Positions 9,270-17,100 of a stretch of DNA of 18,934 nucleotides are shown piece after piece; position 1 is the stretch's first letter; each line of letters opens with the position of its first letter. The stretch lies in NCBI GenBank assembly GCA_029856125.1, contig JAHQWJ010000124.1, positions 1-18,934 on the forward strand, written 5' to 3'. The translations under genes were made by a program, and so were the position numbers. The notes beneath the pieces are model-generated. The model did not search any database and was not told where the DNA came from. It worked only from the letters and a program-made list of their open reading frames with translations. Source of the DNA: Promethearchaeia archaeon (GTDB lineage: Archaea > Asgardarchaeota > Lokiarchaeia > Sigyniarchaeales > SOKP01).

Positions 9270-10445
9270 ATTAAAATTGCATATGCAGATAGGATTAACA
9301 AGCTCCCAGGATATATTTTCGCAGAAATTGAGCAATTAATTAATGAAAAGAAAAAGGAAGGAGTAGACATCATCCCATTAGGGATTGGTGACCCGGATTT
9401 AACGACTCCAGATATGATTATTAATGAACTAATTAAGCAAGTAAAAATTCCCGAAAATCAAAATTATCCCTCCAGTAAGGGAGAACAAGACTTCAGAGAA
9501 GCTGTACAGAAGTGGTATGAAGTCAGATTTAATTTAAAATTTGATGCTAACGATGAAGTAACTAGCCTAATAGGAGGAAAGGAGGGTGTAGCTAATATCG
9601 CTAGGGTGTTTATCAATCCCGGAGATATAGTATTGTGTCCTAACCCCGGTTATCCCGTATATGAAAATGGTGCCACTAAATTATGTGATGGAAAAATTCA
9701 TACGATTCCTTTGCTAAGAGAAAACGATTTTTTACCAGATTTTGAAATTATTGAAAGCAATATCTTAAAAAAAGCTAAATTAATGTATTTAAATTACCCA
9801 AATAATCCTACTGGTGCAATCGCAACAAAAAAATTTCTAAAAGAGGCCGTAGATAACGCTGAGGATTATAATTTCATCATTGTTTATGACAATCCGTATT
9901 CAGAATTCACGTACGAGGATTATATAGCTCCATCGCTTTTGCAGATAGATCAGAATCACATAGAAATTAATAGCTCTTCAAAAATGTTTTGTATGACGGG
10001 ATTTAGGTGCGGATGGGCAGTGGGGGATAAGGATATTATTAGTGGGTTAAGGAAGGTTAAGTCTCACATTGATTCGGGATGCCCAGTTTTTATTCAAAAA
10101 GCAGTGATAAAAGGTTTAAATGAATATAAATCGGGAGAAAAACCTAATATCGTGAGAGATAATGTAAAAATATATGAAAAAAGGCGTGATGTTTTAGTAA
10201 ACGGCCTCAATGATATCGGCTGGCCCACGGACAAGCCTAAAGCGACATTTTTCGTCTGGACCCACATACCGGAAGGAGAAACAAATAGCATGGAGTTCAT
10301 TAAAAAATTAATTAATGAGGGCGTTGTCTTAACTCCCGGCACGGGCTTTGGCACTTATGGAGAGGGTTATGTTAGATTTGCATTAACTCAACCAGTTGAT
10401 AAAATAAATGAAGCATTAGAAAGAATAGAAAGAATTCTCAATTAG
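9270..10445 (+). CDS. dapL: LL-diaminopimelate aminotransferase-like class I/II PLP aminotransferase
   Basis: Frame extends upstream of ATG 9414 with the conserved N-terminus ADRINKLPGYIFAEIE...GVDIIPLGIGDPD..TP. Also GGKEG, NYPNNPTG, YDNPY, SSSKMFCMTGFRCG (PLP Lys), GEGYVRFAL. Substrate assignment is by motif resemblance only. Confidence 0.75.
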   Translation: MKIAYADRINKLPGYIFAEIEQLINEKKKEGVDIIPLGIGDPDLTTPDMIINELIKQVKIPENQNYPSSKGEQDFREAVQKWYEVRFNLKFDANDEVTSLIGGKEGVANIARVFINPGDIVLCPNPGYPVYENGATKLCDGKIHTIPLLRENDFLPDFEIIESNILKKAKLMYLNYPNNPTGAIATKKFLKEAVDNAEDYNFIIVYDNPYSEFTYEDYIAPSLLQIDQNHIEINSSSKMFCMTGFRCGWAVGDKDIISGLRKVKSHIDSGCPVFIQKAVIKGLNEYKSGEKPNIVRDNVKIYEKRRDVLVNGLNDIGWPTDKPKATFFVWTHIPEGETNSMEFIKKLINEGVVLTPGTGFGTYGEGYVRFALTQPVDKINEALERIERILN

Positions 10446-10462
10446 GATGCCTTATGTTTAGA

Positions 10463-10669
10463 CTATTTCTTAATAGATTTTCTTTCCCACCAATCATTAT
10501 CTTTATTAATTTCTTCCTCAACTTCAATTTCTCCTGGAACCCAGTTTGAACAATCTAGATATTTCCAAAAAGTATTTTCATTAACGTATGGATTTTCTTC
10601 CTTTATGGGAATAATATTACTTTCGATTATAATCTGACTTTCAATTTTTTCCAGAACTCGTTTTTCCAT
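10463..10669 (-). CDS. Small hypothetical protein A (68 aa), paralog of 11114-11290
   Basis: GGAGGTGA ribosome-binding site at 10674-10681; shares D-x-S-x3-PG-x-IE-x-E with the neighbouring small ORF. Confidence 0.75.
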   Translation of the reverse strand: MEKRVLEKIESQIIIESNIIPIKEENPYVNENTFWKYLDCSNWVPGEIEVEEEINKDNDWWERKSIKK

Positions 10670-10674
10670 TATCT

Positions 10675-10797
10675 CACCTCCAATTTTTTTTACTTTTCCT
10701 GAGGTGCCGGATTCCGCGATGATCTCGATTTAATTATATTAATTTCTTTGATGAGAGAGCAAATTAAAAAGAAGATCGAAAGGGATCGGCTCTCATC
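10675..10797 (-). promoter_or_regulatory. Putative attenuator/RNA switch, unit A
   Basis: Helix 1:3 (10790-10797 with 10750-10757), alternative helix 2:4 (10762-10790 with 10706-10735), and anti-SD CACCTC (10701-10706) complementary to GAGGTG (10675-10680). Confidence 0.6.
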
Positions 10798-10889
10798 TAT
10801 AATAATAATACTACTACTACTACTACAACGCCTAATAGAAGGCTGATAACTTTTACATATGAAAATTTAGTAGTATTATTTGAGATCAT
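10797..10889 (-). CDS. Putative leader peptide A, MISNNTTKFSYVKVISLLLGVVVVVVVLLL (30 aa)
   Basis: ATG about 24 nt downstream of TTTAAATA (leaderless spacing). GTT-(GTA)6-(TTA)3-TAG run ends exactly at the hairpin. Confidence 0.65.
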   Translation of the reverse strand: MISNNTTKFSYVKVISLLLGVVVVVVVLLL

Positions 10890-10912
10890 AAGAATAAATA
10901 AAAAAGTGAGGC

Positions 10913-10920
10913 TATTTAAA
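10913..10920 (-). promoter_or_regulatory. TATA box for unit A
   Basis: TTTAAATA on the minus strand preceded by purine-rich BRE-like AAATGAAACA. Confidence 0.55.
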
Positions 10921-11088
10921 TGTTTCATTTTTTATCCCCATTTTATAAAAAATCATATGAATATAATGAATTTAATATTATGACTTCTAAACTCTTTTAA
11001 AACTGACTATCTATCAATTAAATTAACCTAGAAGCCTTAAGAATATAGATTCTCCAAAATCTTATCGTTCAGAACCAATAAATAATAG

Positions 11089-11113
11089 AAAATAAAAAAT
11101 TGAAAAAAAATAA
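11089..11113 (-). terminator. T-rich terminator after small protein B
   Basis: Minus strand shows consecutive T8 and T5 tracts immediately after the stop at 11114. Confidence 0.5.
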
Positions 11114-11290
11114 TTATTTAGACAGTTTTTTGTATTTTTGTCTCAGATAAGCCATTTTACTTTGGTCCTCGCTTTCAATTTTACCAGGATAAGCATCTGA
11201 AATATCAAAAGACATCATTATGGGAGCTAGATCAGAACTCCAATCTTGATAATACTCCAATATTGATTCAGGACCTATTTTTTCAGCCAA
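11114..11290 (-). CDS. Small hypothetical protein B (58 aa from TTG 11290), paralog of 10463-10669
   Basis: GGAGGTGA at 11299-11306 lies inside the ORF-track start region and 8 nt before in-frame TTG 11290; shared motif FDISDAYPGKIESE. Confidence 0.72.
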   Translation of the reverse strand: MAEKIGPESILEYYQDWSSDLAPIMMSFDISDAYPGKIESEDQSKMAYLRQKYKKLSK

Positions 11291-11439
11291 TTCTCTTTTC
11301 ACCTCCATTCTTTTTTTTAGAATTTACGGCGAGAATTAAGCCCTTATTCCTCTTTTTTCTTAATAATTGAAAGGTTTTTTACTCAGAGAATAAATCCAAA
11401 AAATTATAAGAAAAAGAGAGAAAAAAGGATTTATTCTCT
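11285..11439 (-). promoter_or_regulatory. Putative attenuator/RNA switch, unit B
   Basis: Perfect 13-bp inverted repeat (11427-11439 / 11385-11397) around a U-rich loop; alternative ~26-bp helix (11402-11429 / 11341-11368); hairpin 11285-11342 covering the SD and TTG start. Confidence 0.65.
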
Positions 11440-11529
11440 TCATAATACTGTTACTAAGGGAATAATATTAAAGGCCTTCTTCGTACATTGGCCAACCCAT
11501 GAACCAGTATTATGCCGTGAGAAATTCAT
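11440..11529 (-). CDS. Putative leader peptide B, MNFSRHNTGSWVGQCTKKAFNIIPLVTVL (29 aa)
   Basis: ATG about 27 nt after TTTATTAG; stop TGA directly abuts the 13-bp hairpin; same length and position as leader A. Confidence 0.55.
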   Translation of the reverse strand: MNFSRHNTGSWVGQCTKKAFNIIPLVTVL

Positions 11530-11719
11530 TAATTATATGCATAAAGTAAATACATACTAATAAATATTGTGGGTGTTAATTCCCATTTGTTTGAGTATTT
11601 GAAAAATCTTTGACAATAGCGTAAATAATTTTATTCAATAACTCTTTAAACTCATTAAACATTACCACAGATATTATATCACTAATAGATATAATTTACT
11701 TAATTAACATTAGAGAATA

Positions 11720-13042
11720 ATGAAAAGTAAAATAGTTTTAATAGGAGCGGGTAGCACCTCTTTTGGGCCTTCTACTTTGTTGGACCTTTTTCAGAGTGAA
11801 TTTTTGGATGGATCAACGATTATATTACACGACATCGATAAAGAACACCTAAATATAATTTATGATTTAATTATAACTGAAAACAAAATCCACAACGATA
11901 AATTTATTATTGAGCAAACCACCAACCGTAGAGAAGCATTAAAGGGTGCAGATTTCATTATAAGTTCCATTGAAGTAGGAGATCGGTATAAATTGTGGAG
12001 AGAAGATTACGAAATTCCAAGAAAGTATGGCTCAAAACAAATTTTAGGCGAATGTGGTGGTCCAGGGGGAACTATGCATGCTTTTAGAATAATCCCACCT
12101 ATTGTGGACATTGTGAAAGATGTAGAAGATTTATGTCCAAACGCTTTATTCATAAATTTTTCTAATCCTATGGCTAGAGTATGTTTGGCCATCAAAAGAA
12201 GCGCGCCAAATCTTAAAACTATTGGACTATGTCACCAAATTGGAGCTCTTACGTTCCATTTACCCCAAATACTTAATACAAACTTTGCGAATTTAAAGTT
12301 AAAACCTTATGGATTAAATCACTTTGGATTTTTAATGGGGGTTGAGGAAATCTCTTCTGGAATTGATTTAATGCCGAAATTTAACAAGGTCGCCCCAGAG
12401 TATTTTAGGCAACACGAAGAAAGGTTCGAGTTTTCTTCTTTAACCTTTGAAGTTTTTAAAAGATTTGACTATTTTCCGTACGTAGGGGATAATCACCTTG
12501 GAGAATATTTACAATTTAGTGAGGAATTTACTGAAACACAAGATATGGTAGATTGGATTGATTTTACTGACAAGGTTGGCAAAAGGACTTATAAACGCGT
12601 GATGAGAAATCATAAGCGTCTAAAAGAAGGGAGATATTTTAAAAAAGGAATGTTCTATAAAGGATCATCCGGAGAAAGAGCAATTCCGATAATCGAAGCA
12701 ATTATTTCAGACAGTAATTCGTATGAAAGCGCTGTCAACATTCCAAATAATGGAATTATCGATAATTTACCGCAAGATTTGATTATTGAGTGTCCAGTAA
12801 CAGTTAGTAAAGCAGGTATTCACGGAGTTAAATGGGGAAATTTACCGAAAAATATCGCAGCCCTTCTAAGAATTGAAGCGAGTATCCAGGATCTATGTGT
12901 TGAAGCGATCCTTACAAAATCTAAGGAAGCAGCAATTAATGCATTAGCTATAGATCCTAATGTTGGGAGTTTTGAGATAGCTGAAAGTATATTCAACGAG
13001 ATGAAAGAATTACAGAGTGAATTTTTACCCAAATTTCAATAA
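11720..13042 (+). CDS. Family 4 glycoside hydrolase (NAD+/Mn2+-dependent alpha-galactosidase/alpha-glucosidase, MelA-like)
   Basis: IGAGSTSF Rossmann motif, GECGGPGG, NFSNP, GLCH, GLNHF, N.G.I.NLP. Confidence 0.9.
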   Translation: MKSKIVLIGAGSTSFGPSTLLDLFQSEFLDGSTIILHDIDKEHLNIIYDLIITENKIHNDKFIIEQTTNRREALKGADFIISSIEVGDRYKLWREDYEIPRKYGSKQILGECGGPGGTMHAFRIIPPIVDIVKDVEDLCPNALFINFSNPMARVCLAIKRSAPNLKTIGLCHQIGALTFHLPQILNTNFANLKLKPYGLNHFGFLMGVEEISSGIDLMPKFNKVAPEYFRQHEERFEFSSLTFEVFKRFDYFPYVGDNHLGEYLQFSEEFTETQDMVDWIDFTDKVGKRTYKRVMRNHKRLKEGRYFKKGMFYKGSSGERAIPIIEAIISDSNSYESAVNIPNNGIIDNLPQDLIIECPVTVSKAGIHGVKWGNLPKNIAALLRIEASIQDLCVEAILTKSKEAAINALAIDPNVGSFEIAESIFNEMKELQSEFLPKFQ

Positions 13043-13208
13043 GATTTAATTTTTTTAAACTGTTTCTTTTTATCTCTTTTACTACTTTCGACGACATTAT
13101 CTTTTTTTTACCGGTAAATTCTTACAAATACACCTCTTTTTCATATAAACATTTTTTAATGAAAGCGACTATTTATCTCAAAATAGAGAATGTTACTATT
13201 TTGTTAAA

Positions 13209-14147
13209 ATGAAATCTAATAAAATCGATTCTTCTGATGAGAAGATAACAAAAGCAACAGAATTACTCTGGAAGATTTGGTGGTTTAGTTTTTATTTGAT
13301 AATTGTTCCATCATTAATCGCAGTTGTAGGATTTTTCATTTATTTTTTTATAGGTAAAGACCTTATTGTCTCAGTTGGTTTGTCTATTATAACTTTTATG
13401 TTTGTTTTATTATTCTTTTATAAGTCATTTGACAAATACAGGAAAACTCCCTTTTTTTCCAACAATGTAAATAATCTTTCCGCAAGAATCAATATTATTT
13501 TCTTAATTACTATCCTATCTTTAATCGTTACGCCTATTTTTGTGATATTTACTCCAGGAGATAACTACTTTGAGCTTTTACCTTTAATTTCTTTTAGTAT
13601 CTTGTATAATATTGTATACTATTATTATTATTTTCAACCCATTGGTTTTTTTGATCCTTCAGAAGATAAATTCAATCATGCAATTTCTTCGTCGCAAATT
13701 ATTAGACAACCCTATAATATCATAATCCTTGTGAATTACATTGTTCACATAGTATTCCTCTCTTATACTTTCAATACAAAAGTCTCGTGGTTATTTCCTC
13801 TCATTTGGAACATCGTATTTTATGTTATTTCTCGAGTCTCTAGCGTAAAAATCTGTAAAAATATTAAGATTTCGATCAGCAGCAAGAAACCGTTCATAGT
13901 AGACTTGACAATTTTTAAGAAAAAATTTGTAAATTCTTTATTAAGCTTAGTATTCGTGCTCTTAATTCAAATGCCTTTCGTTATAGTTATCGTCTACATG
14001 TATGTTGGTATTCATCACGACTTAATAGAAATCGTAAACATATCGTTGTTGTCTCTCGTGTTTTTAGCATTTTACTTTAAAATTAGATTATACGTAAGTT
14101 CATTCTACAGTACATTTCTAAGGAGGTTCAAAATCAATGAGTTCTAA
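13209..14147 (+). CDS. Hypothetical polytopic membrane protein (~8 TM)
   Basis: 312-aa ORF of alternating hydrophobic segments and short charged loops; its end overlaps the next ORF by 11 nt. Confidence 0.75.
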   Translation: MKSNKIDSSDEKITKATELLWKIWWFSFYLIIVPSLIAVVGFFIYFFIGKDLIVSVGLSIITFMFVLLFFYKSFDKYRKTPFFSNNVNNLSARINIIFLITILSLIVTPIFVIFTPGDNYFELLPLISFSILYNIVYYYYYFQPIGFFDPSEDKFNHAISSSQIIRQPYNIIILVNYIVHIVFLSYTFNTKVSWLFPLIWNIVFYVISRVSSVKICKNIKISISSKKPFIVDLTIFKKKFVNSLLSLVFVLLIQMPFVIVIVYMYVGIHHDLIEIVNISLLSLVFLAFYFKIRLYVSSFYSTFLRRFKINEF

Positions 14148-17100
14148 CAATGCTGAAGAGGTTGACACTGGTGAGATTAAAAATTTTATCAAGTTAAATT
14201 TCGTTGTCTCAGTCAGTTTAATTATTCTAATCTTCTCAATTTCATCATTGAATAATAATCCTTTAATCAGTGTTATTGCATTGCCAATACTTTTTATTCT
14301 CACCTATTACGAAGAAAGAGCGAACTTTATTACTACTTTTTACAGTAAGTACATATATCTATTTAATAGCCTAGGCATGGTAATCATTGTAATCTTCTGG
14401 ATCTTGCCGTTTTTTGGAATATTGCAGTTTCTTTTTCTCACCCTTTCCTTATATGTAATATTTTATATTTTTGAGAGGCTAAAGTATTTTCAAGAAAAAA
14501 CGGTATTAATAATTCAAAACCTGCTTGTTGTTGCCAGTTTTACTATTATTTTGTATTCTTTCTTCCCAATAATCGAAATCGTATACATACAGTTCATTGT
14601 AGATCCAAGTGTGCTTTTATTCTCCAATATATTAATTCACACTTTTATCGTCTTAGCCATAACATTATTATCGTTTTATTTTTTATATGCTCGCATTCGA
14701 TTATACGAAAAACCTTGGAAACTCTTTAATTATTGTATTGTGACTCTTTTTTTACTATTAGAAACGACTTGGTTTGCATTAGTTATTATTAAGAATCTAG
14801 CATTAGGAATTCTTGCAGTAATTCAAGGAGAATTAATATTTTACACAATTCTACTTCCAATAGTTTTCCTTTTATTCGTGCTTTTCAACTATATTATTCG
14901 CATATTCTCTCGAGAAATCAGCTTGAATTATAGCTATTATGCATGCTGGTTTTTGTTGTTCTCGATTTTTTTTACAATAATCATAATTTTTTGGAATAAT
15001 TTTGTGATTCTGCTTCTAGATTTAGTATTTCTTTCAGTTTTTACTTTAATTAACCTTAGATTTGGACACATTCTAAAAAAAGTAAAAGATTCTACCTTCA
15101 ATTTTATAATTAGAGTTGATAGTTTTGCGATTTTAATTGAAATTTTCTTATTATTTTATGGGATCTTCAGTTTTGTATTCCTTTTGGATGAATTCCTTGC
15201 TTTATTCCTTTCTTGTTGCATCATTGGCCTCATTTTTAATTTAATTCCTTCAAATGTAGTAATTATTCCTAGAAAAGTAAAAATAACTTGGACCTTACTT
15301 ATCTTGATATTTAGTATAGTGATTGCAGGGTTTTTCTTCTTAAGCGCAAATATAGATGAGATTTATGTATATTTAATTGCACCGATTATTTTTTGTTTCT
15401 TGGTTTTCGCTCCGATTTATTACCTGTATGGCGAAAAAGTATTAAAACCTAAATTCATCGCAATTTATACTTATTGTTCGTCATGGGTGCTCATGTTTTT
15501 GTTTTTCGCTTTGAATTTTTTTATAATTGTAATATACTTTGAACTACATCTAATTATTGGTACCATTTTTAACCTATTGTTTATAACCGTTTGTTTAATC
15601 ATCCTAATTTCATACGGAAAGAAAATAAGAATGCTTAAAGAATCAAAATCTAAGTCTCTTTTGAACATTATATCTTATCCCATTGTATTAGAAATATTTG
15701 CTATACTTATTACGATTTTCATGATTTATTTGAAATTAGACTTACTTTTATCTCTGTTTTTAACTCTAACGATAATAAGTCTTATAGTATCTATGGATTC
15801 AAAAGAACATAAACTCTTTCCTAAGGCCCTAACCTTAATATTAAATTCATTTACGTTATATTTAGGCTTATTTATGGTGGGATATTATAGTGCGATTTAC
15901 ACTAAGGACTCGTTCTTAGTTTATTTTATACCTCTCATTTTAGTTAGCTTGCTCTCTTATATTCCCATTTATTATCTCCGCAAAAGAAATGTTATAAATA
16001 AAAAATACTTCCTAATCTATCATTTTATTTGCTCTAGCATCATAGTGCTGTCTGTCTTTATATTTAACTTCTTTATAATTACTACATTGTTTTCACCAAT
16101 CTTAAATTGGTTAATCGTACTTAATATTCTCTATATAACTATTGCGTGTTATTACATTTTGAAATTTGGAGTTAAGATAAATGTTATCTCTATAGAAAAA
16201 GTTATGGTAATTGAAAAATATATTAGCTATTTAATAATGCTAGAAGTTTTCTTCATAATGTTCGCAATCTTTAACCAACAACTTCAATTTGAGCCGCTTT
16301 TTGCAGCGTACATATCGTTCGCTCTTACCTGCTTGATTATCAACTTTTTTACAAACAAGAGAATTTTATTTACAGAAAAAATTTCGATTGGATTTAATAT
16401 AGGAACTTTGCTTTTCACCAGTATTCTCATCTCGTTTTACTTAAATTTATTTCTATCTCCTTCGGTTTACGCATGTATTATCCCTCTGCTGATCTTAAGT
16501 GTAACACTGTTATTCCCTCTGTTTTACTCTTTAAATAAGAATGTGTTCACCAGCTTTGTGCAGAAATTGTTAACATTTGATAGTTTAGTCATATCTGGAT
16601 TAATAATTTCGCTTCCTTATATAATAGGATTAGATTTTATTAGATTAGGTATAGCTGTAGATTATTACATAATCAATAGTTCGGCAATTGCTTTATTTTT
16701 TGGATTTTTAGTTTTTCTAGAATTTCTTTTTGATAAATATAAGCTTAAAGAATCTTATTTCGTTTCTATTAAAACTTGCCAGATTTTCACCTGGGTGGTT
16801 TTATCTTTTGTTGTATCCTTGAAGATTTTTGCGGTTTTAAACTCTTTCACTAGTAATATTGGATTCAATATCAGTTGTTCTTCATTAGTATTTCTAGTTT
16901 TAAATCTTGTTATCTTAATTCCGCTCGAAAATCTCAAGCAGAGGGCATTTGAAAACGATCTAAGTAAATATGATTATTACAGAATCTACAAAATATACGA
17001 ATACACTAAAAACATATCTTATTTTTTCATCGAATTCATGATAGCTTCGCTTACTATTTTTCTGGTTCCGCTGCCTATCATTTATTCACTTCTTCAGCTC

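Noticed and set aside
10800-10826. Trinucleotide repeat as neutral microsatellite or CRISPR remnant
   Set aside because: No repeat-spacer structure; better explained as in-frame Val/Leu codons of a uORF.
11291-11308. ATG 11308 as the start of small protein B
   Set aside because: It overlaps the GGAGGTGA site; TTG 11290 has the correct spacing.
11385-11442. UGA plus hairpin as a selenocysteine/SECIS signal
   Set aside because: Read-through would add only two residues before TAA, and the stem lacks the tandem GA/kink-turn core and apical adenosines of SECIS elements.
10797-11529. Type I toxin-antitoxin interpretation of the hydrophobic peptides
   Set aside because: No antisense RNA unit is evident, leader B is not a TM helix, and the structures lie 3' of the peptides and 5' of a downstream gene. 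Not fully excluded.
1465-16937. Short ORF-track entries overlapping long genes (1465-1656, 2474-2725, 4040-4264, 4276-4494, 5799-6023, 5863-6063, 7868-8083, 8313-8522, 10094-10354, 12007-12195, 12820-13032, 14118-14303, 15471-15668, 16755-16937)
   Set aside because: Antisense or alternate-frame shadows of well-supported genes, with no motifs or ribosome-binding sites.
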